Assembly (NCBI GenBank): GCA_976226885.1
Contig: OZ320315.1
Location: 69,626,001 to 69,690,000 of the forward strand
Reading direction: 5' to 3'
Length of the DNA: 64,000 nucleotides
From: Iphione sp. A-MEVVRFRX5
Lineage: Eukaryota
The notes beneath the pieces are model-generated. The model made no database searches. It worked only from the letters and a program-made list of their open reading frames with translations, and was not told where the DNA came from. Shown one piece after another: positions 25,233-39,560 of this stretch. The translations under genes and the position numbers were made by a program. Position 1 is the stretch's first letter. Each line of letters begins with the position of its first letter.

Positions 25233-25470
25233 GTTAACATGTGTTTCTATCATCAGATACCACTTTATCTCATTGGCCTTGGTGCCGTACATTAGGAGAA
25301 GTGTTTTCCTCCAGACAGAGACATCGAGGGGACATTCTACTAGTATCTGATTACATGTGTCGCCGCCCGTCGGATTTCGTACGAAAAAAAATATGTTCTT
25401 GGTGTGAATATGCTATAATGCAAGCTCACTTGTGTATCGGTAAAATTATTCAAGTCATACATATACCGTC
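25233..25470 (+). pseudogene. TIR-domain-like relic
   Basis: Acceptor TTTGTTCCCAG (AG at 25231-25232), then *HVFLS (box 1, with TAA where Tyr is expected), KCFPPDRDIEG (box 2, 25299) and SDFV...SWCEYAIMQAH (25400), in order. Needs two frameshifts, and spacings are about 6 aa short. Confidence 0.4.
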
Positions 25471-28400
25471 AAATAGATTCTCGCTCTATGTTATACAAAC
25501 TTTTGGAACAGGCTTAAAGGATTCAGACACATTGACCGTGATATGTCTCTGTGGGCGCAGGCTGACGCAGGATAAGATGGTCCAGGTCGTTCCTGGGGAT
25601 CCAGATAGATCCGCAGGTGTGGCACATGTTAACCTGGAGGCCACCACGATAGTGCATGATTGGAGACAGCGCGATTACTCCTGACGATCGTCATGATGAC
25701 ATTTTCTATAAAGCATTTAGATACATTACCTTCAGTGGGAAATCGTGTTCAATGTATATGCAGTGCATATATTTATATATATACATGTACATGCTTTTGT
25801 AAGTGTTATAGCAGTTAGGAATTTTCATAGTTCATTATTCCTAGGCTTGAAAGGTATACGCCCAGCTTGCCCGAGAGTGTATTTTACCATGACATTAGCA
25901 GAAGTGAGTGTCGATCTATCTTGTTGGCTCTGGTTTGAGATCGTGATGGTAATTGGCCTGGAAGCCACCGCTTAATCTAGCATGAGGCGAGGTCCCCACG
26001 TTGACTATTAGCTGTCCTCTGGCTAAGTGGTTGCCCCCTGGCACGGCGGCTACCTGCGCTACCTGGCTGCTCAACCATCATCCGTCTGCTCGCCCCACCC
26101 TGTCAGACGACCTTCTAATAATAGGCAATACCACTCATACAAACCAGCGCCGAATGCGAAAGGAAAACGGTTCCTACCAAAATCGTATTCAAGAGTGTCG
26201 GTTTAAAAGCACGACAGTCCAAGGAATGCTAAGGAGAATTTTATTCCCATCAAAATGAAGCGTCTTTAAAGATACCCAGTTAAGAAAGGGGTATACTGAT
26301 AGTGCATGTACTGCTTTCTCTCATAATATTTTATTGTAACTGAAGACAAAGGACTGGTTCGGACTTCATTCTAATATTGTTGTTTGCTTTAATGCTGCTT
26401 TGTTGACATGACGAGCAGGGGGGCGGCCGTGAGCTCCGACCTCGCGCCTCGGTACATGTTGATAGTGAAGGTTGTGCACATAAACAGGTTAAGTAGTGAA
26501 CCAGCAGAGCTCCCGATGACCACCAGACAGACGCACAGGCTGTGCCTGGGGTCAACCTCTGGTCAGACAAGAACCTCCCCAGGCTTGCTCTCAAAAGATG
26601 GCCAATACAACTCTTGTGGAGATGAAAAGGTAATGGGTAGGAAATAGCCCAAAGCCAGGTCTATTATTTGAAAGCATGTCAATTTTTTACATTTGTGAAA
26701 ATACGGACTTTCTTTCAGTTTGGTGATTAGGTCCAAAGCCATTTTTGTGAATCGCTCTTCAGTCCATATGATCGTGTATAACACACTTTTCTTTCTCAAT
26801 GTGCCGCCCTGAACTGCCACCAGCGTTCTGTCTGTGTGCGATGCGTCGCAGTACACCTGTATCCAAATTCAAGAAATAGCTTCGAGGGTGTACTGTCCTT
26901 AGAGCTTCCTGTTGCAACGGGGAAACATTCCACTGAAATTACTTTAAATAGGCGAAGTCCTAGTCGAGTTCCTCTGCGCTAATACCACAGGTTCAACACC
27001 TGAGACTTAGCCAAGGACTTGCCAAGACAAGGCGTGCTTGAAGTAACATCAAAGTGAGCAAGTGGGAGCCAGACATTTGGTGGCAGGTCTGGTGTCAGTG
27101 GTCGGCGGGGTGACGGCCTCTAGCGGCAGGGTGAGCTATGAGACTTTAGACAGCCGCGTCTTTACCTTGGACACGGCCCATCCAGGCTTAAACTTGATCT
27201 AGGGTTGGATGCCGCCAACACAAGCAGGATGGATCGTGCATGGGAGGTCCCTGCCCGGCACACCCAGCGTATGGAGCTATTCCATCTGCTGGATAAACGC
27301 CGACTTCGGAGCATTACATCCTTATGTTGTACACAAGCCGTTGATGTGGTAGCACATTTTTATGCGCACTTGTCATACTATACAATGAATATATATGTAT
27401 TAAATTTTGGATGGGACAAACATTTAATTGCTTGCATAAACTGATAAGGCTGGGTTTCCTCTCAGCATCACTTGTTGGGCAATAAGCATCGCATCTTAGG
27501 ATGGGCGATAATGGAGACACGACCCCTGCGTGAGACGCAGTTCAAAACTTCATACTATCGAAACTAATGAGAATATCGCCAAGCTTATAGTAAACGACCG
27601 GTGCGTTATAATAAAATGCCTTCACCAGAAAGAAACGATGGGAAGAATAAATTAAAAATTAAATCTCCCAAACCGCTTTCCTATTAGAAGGCGTAGCTCG
27701 TGTAGGCCTATGCAGGCATCAGGTGCCCTCCTTTGAATGCCAAACTGAACAGTATCGAAAACAGACGAGATTTGGCTCACAATCAGGAAAATCCGTGTCG
27801 TTAGAGCACGTCTGTATTTGCTGCTTGCCTGCCAAGGTTCCTATCCCTCTTGCCCGTGGGAGCAACACTGTCTGCCATGAGGGTTGTAGACGCGGATAGG
27901 AGAGTAATATGGTGGTATGGGGTTCTTCTGCCGCACTGCTTCCGCTCGGTAGACACTACAGGCACCAAGAAGAACTCAATAACCCATCCAGTGTTTTGCC
28001 GTCGGTTTTGTTACCACCCACAGTGTAGCTTGAACAGCTCGGCCATGCCAGGCAACTCTGGCTTACACCACCAAAATCCCACGCAACCATGTCGGCGGGA
28101 AAAAAAGACCATTCAGCGTTTACACATTGTTTCTCAGATCACGACAACGCGTCTGATGACTATTTTCCTATTGTGAATCATTTACAACCGAGGGAGTATG
28201 ATATCATTTGAGAGATATAATTGTAGCCATCCATCTACATTATGTCAGAGCAAGCCTACAGATGCGTTATTAACCAATTTTAAGGGAAACGTACGGTATT
28301 ATTTTAAGCAACTGGCTCTCTTAATTATAATGCACTTATAATTTCTCATGAGGTATCTATATAGCACACCTGATCTTAAAACCTGAGTGAAAAAGTCTTA

Positions 28401-30410
28401 ATGTGATATTTGTGACGTACATTATTCAAAACCGGGGTGTGTGTGGTCCCAATATTGATGTTGTTTATGTCATGTATCCTTGCAACCCCGAACGGAAAAG
28501 GGAGCTGAGAATAACAGTTGTTGCCGTTCTTGTCCTTCGGAGATGTTTGTAGGGTTCAGGTTAGCACAGCATATCTAGAATACATAGGGCCCAGCTCGGA
28601 CCCAACACGTTGTCCATCTGTCTTTATACTTCACATTATGACTTTCACATACATATAGTTCCGCGTTTCAGCTAATGCAGACATTTGGCGTAACACTCTA
28701 TTTTTGACGAATATGCGTGTACAAAACATAAACGTTTTTGAGGCAAATTTGCCGCCAAAATAGACGTACTCAAGATAAAATATGCTTTACGTATACACAG
28801 ATACCTTTTATTTCCATTATTCCTTTACGGGTGGTGGAGTGGGGATATTTATTTCAACCTTTCGACAGATTTATTTAGAAGCGAGACGTTTTCTTCCAAG
28901 AGTAAATGTACTGAAAGGCAATTATACCGCGGGGCATTGGGGGGATATGCAGAGGACATGATTTACACCGGAAGAGGCTATTCATGGTCTTTGTGCGAGT
29001 GTAGTTTGCGCTAAGGTCGTTATATTATTTCGCTGGGTTTACCGAGTGTTTGGTGACATAGCATCGTCTATTATCATCTTAAGTTACTCAGTCCGATCCA
29101 AAGCCCTTCTTAAATACCCTCACACGAAAAGATCCCGTATCCCATTCTCATTGACACCGTGCGCTTGTGTCATACCAATGTAAATATTGCCACATTCCTG
29201 CTCACGGACGCGTCAAATATTTTCCTACGGTGTTATGAGGTGTTTTTACACAACCGTTTTTGACACTTAAATATTGCTACTTCTTGCGTCGTAGTTTTGG
29301 CTACGATACACACTCGTTCCTTGCACGAGATGCGCTGGAAGACTCCGTTGAAGGACATGGTTAAGATAATAATCTTGTGTGGTATAGAAGTATCTAGACA
29401 GGTGAAGGAAATCCAGGTCCACCAGGGATCTTTCCGCTGTCCTCCCTGAGACACTCGTCGGTGGTATTTACATTTCACGTGTATACTAACACCCTCTTTC
29501 TACCATTCGTCACTATTCTGCATAGTCTTCTATCGAAAATTTGCATTACGTCCGTGATTCTTTTTCAACTGAAACGACTAGAGGTTGCCGTTAGATTCTC
29601 CCACAGATTATTTTTATGGATAGAAGAAGGCTGGTACGATAGTCCTTATTACACAAATACATGTACACGTGTATTCCTGGTGGAGTATACTGTTGTAAGT
29701 GATCAGAAAAAGAAAATCCCGAGCAGTAAGATCATCTGGATGCATGCCGGTAGAAGGTGCATGCGCACGAAGAAGCAGTCGGCCTCTCGGACATATTTCA
29801 ATAGTGGGACGAGCTCTAAAAAGCGAGCTGCTCTTCGAGAGAATCCGAGTCAGCCAGGCAGGCAGCCGGTCTTCTGCTCGCCACGTTTAGGGTATCGTCC
29901 GGGTCACGCTGTGTCTAGCACCCCCAGCTCAACCTACGTAAACTTTGTTTTGGCAGCGGGGACTCGTTAGGAGGGTAATAATCAGCTTCCGCCTGGAGAT
30001 CTAATTGGTGGTTATCGTTAGCATTGCTTAGGTACCGTGTCCCGTCTCTGCGTCTGGCGATCTCTCTATTTGAAAACGAGCCAAAGAGCTGTTCGACATA
30101 TTCGACTGATGTATTAACGATAAATTAACCAATTCCTGTTTGCCTTGGCACACACTACGCATGAAAAGGACAGTTCTTTTGACGGGCCAACGTTAACCTT
30201 TGAAAATGTGAGAGCAATTTTTCACGCCAGTTACAACATCGCGCCTAACTACTTCACAAGATATTGAGTAGAATGACATAGAGAGAGACGAAGAAATATA
30301 GTGTGAGTTGAAGTTTACCTGTTTTGGGGGTACTTAGCAGTATCTCTTAATGGTCCGGTGCGGAATGATTTAAGGTGACATGGGTACACATAAAAAGTGT
30401 CAGTTTGCAT

Positions 30411-30770
30411 CAGAAGCTCTTCAAGGTCCTTGGAAACTCATGTTTGCTGTAAAATATTGCCTCGTTATTTTGAATCGATGACACCCTCGAACGTGGGTAT
30501 GACATATCCACCCTGTATGATAACCACGAACTACGATGCTTGACCTTCAGACGACCTTGTATGACCTTCGTCGAAAACTGGGTCAAGAGGTAGGGAAGCT
30601 TCACCATTCGTTAATATCTGTTTTCCTTGCCTTTTCAGGAGACGCAGAGTGATAATAGCTACTGATATGCAGCACACCGTTTGAAAACCCGCATTGCCAG
30701 ACGGGCGCCGGCCGAGCTGCCGTGCGGTGGGCACATTGTAAGAAGCGTGAGAAGATCAGGAGCCCAGGTA
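30411..30770 (+). pseudogene. Possible death-domain-like relic, two exon-like pieces
   Basis: GYD...ELRCLTFRRPCMTFVENWVKR resembles MyD88-type G[FY]..EIR.L....P...LL..W..R. A GT-AG pair (30590-30638, 49 nt) joins in frame to RRRVIIATD. In-frame stops are present. Confidence 0.25.
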
Positions 30771-33700
30771 GGGGTTGAGTGACATCTGAGGTCAGCGTCT
30801 GGCATGTGGAGGGCCGGCTCTCTCGCCGGCGTGTCTGGGCAGATCTCGGCCTCAACCGACTCATACACTCCCGATCCTACGGGGGAGACGCGGCCTGCTA
30901 CGCAAGCGCTAACTGTCGGGGAAACACACAAACGCTCGCACATATAGAGGGCATCTAGCTGTGCACAGCCAGCTCGGGTTGTGACGAGGACCCTTTCAGC
31001 GGCGGCTACTAGCCGTGGTAGTATAGTGCAGCACCGACGTCTCCTGCTGCCCAAGGTGTGACACATCAAGTAGGAATGCTGTCGACTCCTCCTCAACAAC
31101 TGCAGCTGTTTGCTGCTGCAACCGTCCTTCCATGTTGTTCTGCTCCGACGTTATTTCAGCTGACATCAAAAATTAAAGTTGGCCTTTGCATGTTGCCTCT
31201 GTCAACCCATGTGGAGGAGAGGGTTTACTGAATGCCGACCAATTTCTAGGATTTCCCGTGAGTCGAATCGTTGTCTGTCAGAGGCTGGCCTCTTGATCAA
31301 AGAAACGTCCAAATATATATGATAACCGACGCCGGTCGAATAAACTTCTTACAAACACAAATAGGGTGCAATGGAATAAATTTTTCTGCTGTGACATATG
31401 TAATATGCATGTAAAGTTGGCTATTATCTCTCAAAACAGGACGCACAACGCCCTACTGCCTTATATGTTATTATGCCCGATATGCTTAATGTTGTTGCTT
31501 TGCGTTTGTTGAAGGTCATGTCAACTATATGACCAATTTGGCTCAGAAATGGGACGTTACATTTAGTAACGCTCGACGCCGTGACGTCACTGACAGCCGT
31601 ACGTTTTTAGAGATGGCAGCCGCTTACGCTGCTATATTAAGCCTGGGAGAATGACCATGGTAACAGATTGTGCAGCCAGCCTGAGGACTGACGTAAAAGG
31701 AGGTGATGCCTTGTCTGTGGGGTAGGCACCAGATGTGATGGTGTGAAAAGGTGACTCCTGCTATAGGAATTTGTGCTAAACTCTGCATCAAATATACACA
31801 CTAAAAACGAAGACAAAAACACCATGTGGATTTGACAGTGCTAGATGATAAATGTGATGCTTGAATATGGCTTTGAATCATAGACACCTTTTTTACTCTA
31901 TGGGGTATACATGTGCATGTTAGACTTTATATTTCGTAATTCCGTGTAGATTGCCATTTTCATGTATATGAAAAAAAAGAAGTTTTTGTTCTGTTGACAT
32001 TTACAAGTAGCCTCCCCTCGTCAGGAGAATATGATTGCGAAAAACAATGTATATTGAGTGCACATTTATATCTTTGTTTTCATTGGGAAAGGCCCAATGC
32101 TATATATCCTTGAAATTGTGCAAGAACGACAAATACAATATCTCGTTGAAAAGCTGCCATTGAGGGACACTTTTGAAAACATTCGTCATAAATGAAGAGC
32201 GTGAAGGCTGTGTGCACCGCTTGATATCAGCCATTATGCACGATAAAAAAAGAAATCATGCCTGTTACGTGACATAGAACTGTCTTCTGTTTTTTCCTGG
32301 ACGCAACATAAGAAGTACATGTAATAACAAATACGTATGCACTATGGTTAGAGGGTCACACCGTCAACCCGCGGGAGATGATGACGCCTTTAGACCTCAA
32401 CTACTAGTTCGTTGAAATCGCACTTTCCTACTATAGTCTCATGCCTCTACGTACAAATAACATTGTTTTCTATGCACGTGAAGTGATACTGTAGTAATAT
32501 TCCACAACCAAAGGTGTGCAGTATTGTTGTAAAAAATATAACATCATTAGGGTTCCATGCAGTTGGAGTTGAATTAATTCCGTTTTGTAGGTAAGTTTAA
32601 CAATACTTTCTAAGTACTCATACTCAAAAGCCATTTACTCTTGGCAATTACACATATGTATAGATATATACTCTATACCAGTTATCTCTTAGTTTTACAC
32701 ATGTGCATTTGTTTTAAAATGCTCTTTAAAATGCAGGCGCTTTGTAATAAATAAAGCATAAATTAGGTAAAAGGGTCTACTATATTTGAATAAAAGGATT
32801 CGTACTAGGTGGGATCCTGAAGCAGAAGAAAAGGGAAATGCCATTTGTTAAATCGAGCCTTTCTCTTGACTCTGTCTGGTATACTGTCGAATCATGGGGA
32901 AACAGGGCGCCACGTCTCACAGCCACAGCGTCCATCTATCACCATCGCGACAATGCTCTCATCCAGCAACATCTCCAGGGGGTTTGTCTGTCGTCAAAAG
33001 GCCTTGGCTTTGACACCTTCTACCTTGCTATCTCCTCGGCATCCATCTGTGTCAGACTTGATGTCTTTTCGAGAGCCTCTCCGTCCCCTCCCGCACTCGA
33101 GTGAGTAGCGTCATCCAAGTATTCCTCCAGCTCGACCTCACTTACGTTGAACCACACTCTCGTTAAATGTTGAAAGCACCCACTGAACTGCTTTTCCAGT
33201 GATTTTTGGTGTATAGCTTCGGATCGTGTCGTAAATAAGTAAAAGTAAAATGTAGAGCATCATACAAAACATAACATATAATTATGTCAAGATAAAGACA
33301 GCACCCGTAAAATGCTGTTTTGGACAGGATTGATAGCTTATGTGCAGTTATGATAATCACCTCGGCAACGGGAGTGCATTTTGACATAGAAGTTAGGTGC
33401 CCCTGCTATCATCCTTAGCAACCAAACTTCTACAATTGGTCTATTGAATGGTATATATCTCATTCCATAAAGTTTGGAAGAGGTTTCTCTGTAGCCTTTC
33501 ACATTCATTAGGCTAACGAATAGAATGAGGAACTCCTATTAGAACAGCTATTCTTTGAAAGATGACATGTGTGGATAATGTCAAACATCCTTATCTCAGA
33601 GAGGCCTGGATACAAACGATTGCACTATCTGGGCGATTCTAACAGATATAAAACATCAATTTCCCATGTTCTGCCCATCTGCAAATTTATCTGAAATAGC

Positions 33701-33825
33701 ACTACACTAGTGAAGGCAGAAGAGATAGGAGTATAGACTCTAACCCTCGTGACATTTGTGGCCCCTGTCTGTCTGCGGCTTCTTCACTATACACTAGAAA
33801 CGTTCTATGCCGTGGGCGCCTGACA

Positions 33826-34060
33826 GTAAACAGTAGTGCTAAGATACTATTAGAAATCATGGGGAAAATTCCCCTACCAAAAATCACAGATAAAGTCTGT
33901 CAGATAACGCACCAAATAAGGAGGAGGTATTTGGCCTGTGTACCGAAATATCCTTATGATATTCACATCCTCTCATCGTCTATTTTTGAATATATAAGAA
34001 GGTATGCAATATTTATTTGGCGCTCTGCATCAGCAGGACAAAACAACCGAGTCAGGCTGT
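33826..34060 (+). mobile_element. Decayed LINE (CR1/L2-type) RT C-terminal fragment
   Basis: VNSSAK..., QIRRR..., SIFEY..YAIFIW.SASAGQNNRV resembles SAKYLG...KA..LG.IRR...LEY.S.VW.P...GQINR. Confidence 0.35.
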
Positions 34061-34706
34061 CAGCAGGCAATGATTTGTCCCTTAGATTCGAACCATGCGT
34101 GTGTGTAATAATTCCAACACTTTGCATGTGTCTACTACATAGACGAGTCTTTTCACTGGAAACAAAACACTTCTACGTTAGCGCTATGGTGATACATGAG
34201 GCCGTCATCAAAACAATATTTTAATACACCCTACTTTAGCAGAACTAATCTGGCATACACGAGGGATGTGGCTACAAAGAGTAACATGCATGCGGGTAAT
34301 GAGCATTGCCATTTGTTAAGGAAAGGTCCTGAAGGGTCAGTGCTAGAAAATCGGTTGAACATTTGTAAGCAAGTGTCACACACTACAATATAGCAGGAAC
34401 CTTTGTGACAGTTACGACCCCCCTCCCCTTAATTCGGTAATGGATATATTGTTTCGAAAATATTAAGACACTATGCAAAAAGCAAGTAGACGTTTGTAGG
34501 AGATGAGGTAAACTGGAAACCGCAGCACAAAATTATATGGAAAAAACTGTGTGGAGGAACCGCTTATTTACAATGTGTGACCCAAACGTTACAACAGTGG
34601 AAACAATCCATATATCTCATATACATGAACCTGTCGGTGCCCCGTAGGACAGATGAGAAAACGAATAGAAAGTCAGGGTCAACAGGCTGCATACACGAAT
34701 ACCTCT

Positions 34707-34711
<5 letters not shown>

Positions 34712-34757
<46 letters not shown>
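34712..34757. repeat. (CT)n microsatellite
   Basis: Direct reading. Confidence 0.95.
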
Positions 34758-34760
<3 letters not shown>

Positions 34761-37700
34761 TCTTTCTCTGTATATATATATACAGTAGATTTAATAAAGA
34801 ACCCGTGGAGTAAGCTTGTGGGCTTCAGAGAAAGTGACACAATCTCATAACAATGAACGTCGCTACACAAAGGTGTACCAAGCAAGGTTTGGCTCGACAG
34901 AATTTGGTTACCCCGTCACTGTTTGAGATACAGCAGACACTCTGGTTAAAACTTCATCTTCCTGTGTGCTACATCTGATAACTTAAAAACCTACAATATC
35001 TAATGACTTTTATAATCAAGTCACAATATTTTGAAATTCTATCAATATTACGCAAGATCTGATCTGGGAACTCTTACCAGATGCTGGAACACCAGAGTAC
35101 TGGAGTAGCCAGAGTGTTGACATCTACCGGAGTGTCAGAGCGAGTCTTGCCAGATTACCTCTTACTGGAGGGAGCGTGTTGGTCCATCTACCTATATGTT
35201 TGTCTTACTTGCAAACAAAGAATGTTGTTATCTGTTTCCCATTGTCAAATACTGGTAGATAATTAAAAAAAAAGTTTTAAAAAGATGTCTAGCCTGGTGT
35301 GCAGCAGTTGCTCTTGCCCTTTTTCCGCATTTTTCACCACGTAACGGCATAGAAAACACTTTTTTCTCAATAATGCAGTCATGTCCTGTATTTGATTTTA
35401 ATGATGAATGGGCAGATTTTTTTCTCAGGATTTTACTCTTTCCCAGGCATTTATCTCTCTATCTACGCCTTGAATCAGCCTCAAGCAGCAACAAACTGGG
35501 CATTTAGCCTCCTCACTCCAGACCTACTCCAAAAAAGCGCCAGTCTGAAGGAAGACGGCGAATCTCCCGGAAGCTTTGCCTTAATGTTTATAGGTACTTA
35601 TCCCTGCCTCTCACTTGGTGACGACTCGCCAACGTCTTTCTCAATTCGCTGGCTGTCACAGCCAGCTTGTCTTTGTCCCTTCACGTTCTTTGGTGCCTGG
35701 AGGAGTGTAAGACTGACTTACCATCACTCTCACCCAAGAAAGAGGCTTAACTTGCTTCCTCACGCCGTTACCTGTTTCATGGCCGTGTCGTTATCTGGTG
35801 CCAGGAAATTACTTTCGAAAGATGAATAGCAAAAGTGTTTGCTGTACCTTTTTCCTCGCCCAACGCCCTGCGCCACGCCAGAAATAAACTGTGGTAAACT
35901 TCAGGCCTTCTCAGACACTCAATTACCTTTTGTCTTCAGCACGAAAAACCATTCTGGGCAGTTATTGCATGAACAATTGCCCCCGGGCATTTCCTCTGTA
36001 AGACTAACCGGTAACAAAGACCTACGAGACCATTGTTACTCTCAAAACGTTTTGTCAGGCCGACCTCTAGAATATTTAGAGAACCGTGAAATATTCACGT
36101 CATCCACTTGTGAAGAACGGATGTTTTAATGGAGAATGTGTCATCCGTATGAGGTTAGAGACTATGTGCATAGCGGGGATGGTTCTTGGTTATATCCATA
36201 CCTCTCTAACAAGAAAATAAACATATAACATTTCTCTATCATTTCCAACGTGGCTTTAGCCTTTATTTAGTTTCCCCCAAGCAAAATATAATATAACTTT
36301 GTAGTAAATCTTTTCCCAATATACTGAACAAAGAGGGGACCTATTACAATCAGCGTCTTCCACGGCAAATGGAAGAACATTTTTTTACGGACCGAAGAGT
36401 CCACCGAAAGAAAACACAGTAATTAAATATAATTTATACTAACACATGTCTATACAAGCTGAACTGTAAGAAGCAGAGAATGCTATGAGGACTGATAAAT
36501 AAAGAAATCCCTCCTACTCATGGGAATTCGCAGTCTGCACGAAGCCGAAGATACACCAGCCACCTTGACCTCTGCTGTTACACCTAGGTGTGGCGCACGT
36601 GGTACAAATCTTTTACAGTGAAATGCCGACCACAAAGTAAGCAAACTCTATGCCGTGAACATTCACCATCCAGTGAGTTCAGGCTGTGAACGTAGGTAAG
36701 TGAACGGAGGAACATCGATTGCAGGCGTTAGGTTAGCAAATTCGACATGTAGTCGACTGTAGAGGAGAAGCAGAAGCAATTTGAGGAAAATACCCTTGAT
36801 CTCTAAAAGGGGAGCGTAGGACTAAATATGAATTTGCATTTCATAAATCAAAAGCCTTCTTCACAACATCATCTCAAGAAACACAAGTAAGGGAAAAGCT
36901 GGTAGCTCAAGCAAATAGATGTGAAACTATTTCCACTTTTTCATACTTTAAATTTGTTTATATACCAGTGATGATAACCTCTTATTGGTTCGGACTGAAA
37001 TAGGAAGAAATAACAAAACGAACAGCGTTTTTGATGTAAGATGTTGACTCAAATCTTACAGCTGCGTATTTTGAAAGGGTAGAGACTGGTGCTTTGCCTG
37101 TTCAAATTGCAGGTACTCATAACGTTCACACTCGAAGGCTTTATCCACACGTGGTTCTCAACTCACTCCTGCGCACTACCAAAAAAGGTATCGGACTTTC
37201 CACGATTTAGCATCCTAATTCCTCAGCACCATTATTTATCTGTGGCTATTGACCTCATTAGTACTTCTTTAAAGTGGCCTAGAAGAGCACTGCTTTAGCT
37301 CGTAGCATCAAGCACGCCCACAGCCAAACAGATGTGATGCCAATAAACCCCATTCTCGTTGGACGGCCGTACTAAAGCACTGTCACTGAAAAAGAATCTA
37401 GCTTCGTAGTGAACTGGCATACGGAGGCCAGGGGCCAAGGTCTGTTCAGTCTGTTGTTACCAATCAACATTCTACTACATGTAGTTCCTGTGTAATAATT
37501 GAAACCGCCTCGGAAAAGGGCGAACTTTTGCACTTTACCCCAGACATGGTCACCCATTTCGAATTCAATTCCCTCAAACCTTATTACACGTCATATAGAA
37601 TGGTTCGCCACGAACCAAATAGCTAAGTATCATAGTGCAATATCTGCGACATATTGAAGCAATAGACACGTCAACGAGTGTGTGGCCCATGTCCGTATTG

Positions 37701-39149
37701 TCCCTAATAGCAGAATAAACAATGTGCCATGACCAACGGGGAGCTCGATCTTTTCAGCCGATGTGACGTGTATACCTCACATACAGTCTAGGTACACAAG
37801 TATCCATTTAAAAGGTGTCAAAGAATTGTTCGCACTTTATTTCACTCCATGAAAATCTTACTCAAATAGATACATGTAATTACAACAGATGGTTGTCGAG
37901 GAACGGAACACCTATCAGGAGTACGTGACCAAAATTAATTGATCAGGTAATCGAAGGAGTATTTTTGCCTTTGTCTTTTTGGCAGCTGGGAAATTCTCAT
38001 ATTACTTAATCGAGCGGGAAGGACATAGTCAGTGCTTACAACATAGAAATGATTGCAGTGTCTACTTTTAAATGGTTTTCAAGATGAAGCCATATTTTTG
38101 TTCTGTTGCTCTCCCATCTGAGTGCTTTTACATGTCCTTGTTGAATTTCATTAATTTTGTGTTGCTGATTACACATTTTTTATCTCCACTGTTGGTCTGC
38201 TACCCTCTTCCCACTCCTCTCTGGAGGGCCCGCAGTCTCACTGGAGCTGTGTGTGTATGTGAAAGCCAGGGGTTCCAACCTCCACTAGATGGTGCGACCC
38301 TATAGACTTCGTGACGCTTTGCAGCAAGTGTTCATGTGTGGGCTGGTGTTACCTTTGAAAGAGGAAAGGATTCTATGGTTGCAATTTTGTCCCTATAGGC
38401 ATCATCAGATATCAAGGGGCTATCTGTCGTCATGTATAGGTAGAGGGACCAGTTCGTCGTGGTCAATAAAAATGAAGCCCTACCAAAGGAAGCATCCTGC
38501 ACGACATGTTACAATAGTTAGCTGAAGATTCAAACAATTACTCAGTTTATAAAGTGAATGGAGCATGGAAGGACGGGAGTCGAGATATATCTACCCACTT
38601 GAAAAGCAAGAAATGCGAAAAGGACGCTTTCAGGGCACGAGGGAAACACGTTGATAGAATGGCTTCCCAAAATGTCAGACGGCGTGCCAGTCGTACTCAG
38701 AACCAGAGGCCAACACCCAAAACGTGCAGGGAATCAGTCACGACCGATTCTAGTCGATTCTGCTGCCATCTTCTTATACTGGTAACCCCCCCCCCCTCCT
38801 ACCAGTGCTGCTCACTTCTGTTTTCGCTTAAGCTCCAACTAACCTTCTCTTCTCTTCCCTGGCGGCCGGAGAGGGGCGGGCGAATGCCTGTCGGCTTCAC
38901 TTAGTCCCTGGGTTACTAGGTCCTCCCACTTGCTCGTCCCTGCTCTCACCTAGGCGCCATAGACCATCTGTACCTGGTCGGCCATAGTGGTAATAGCTGG
39001 GGCCATGTGTAAAGAAGTGCAACTAGTAACGCGAGTTTGGTGCAAAGCCAGGCAAGGCTTCTCAGAGGTCCTCAAAGCCATTCCACCTCCCCCCTACCCT
39101 TAAAACCATAACACTAATCGTATCCACAAAGAGAATATCACCCACCTCC

Positions 39150-39560
39150 TCCAGATACTTCCCATATGAATTTATGCTGAGACGTAGTGGGGAGGGGATT
39201 CTGATGCTAAATGAATAGAAAGTTTCTTGGGAGTCACATTTTAGTGTCTCGCGAGCAGTACTCTGCGGAAACCATAACGCATGTTACAATTTCATTTCAA
39301 CATTTCTCTATATCTGAAACTTCATATTTTGGTTGAAAATCTGTCATTCAAGCAGTGCTTAAATATATCATCTCTGTATAGATGCACATTATAAATACAT
39401 GCTTAGCGTGATGACAAGAAGTATTCTTTCGGGCATTTTTATAACCAGGGAAGAGTCCCACGAATTGGGCAAACTTGCCCGGAATGGACCTGGCGTACAT
39501 CAAGAGCATATTAGAGGCGTTTGGCTCACTCTCAGGTATGTTGAACATTCAAACATCAAA
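39150..39560 (-). mobile_element. Possible decayed LINE APE endonuclease fragment
   Basis: NMLLMYARSIPGKFAQF resembles the APE N-terminal hhh.NARS..NK..L motif. A GGGG(V) motif lies downstream at about 39155. Confidence 0.3.

Noticed and set aside
32838-33104. TIR-like (IYHHRD) reading on + and TGF-beta-like (MVIDGRCGC) reading on -
   Set aside because: The + ORF is the in-register antisense of a codon-biased minus frame. The minus frame lacks the other cystine-knot cysteines and continues past CGC.
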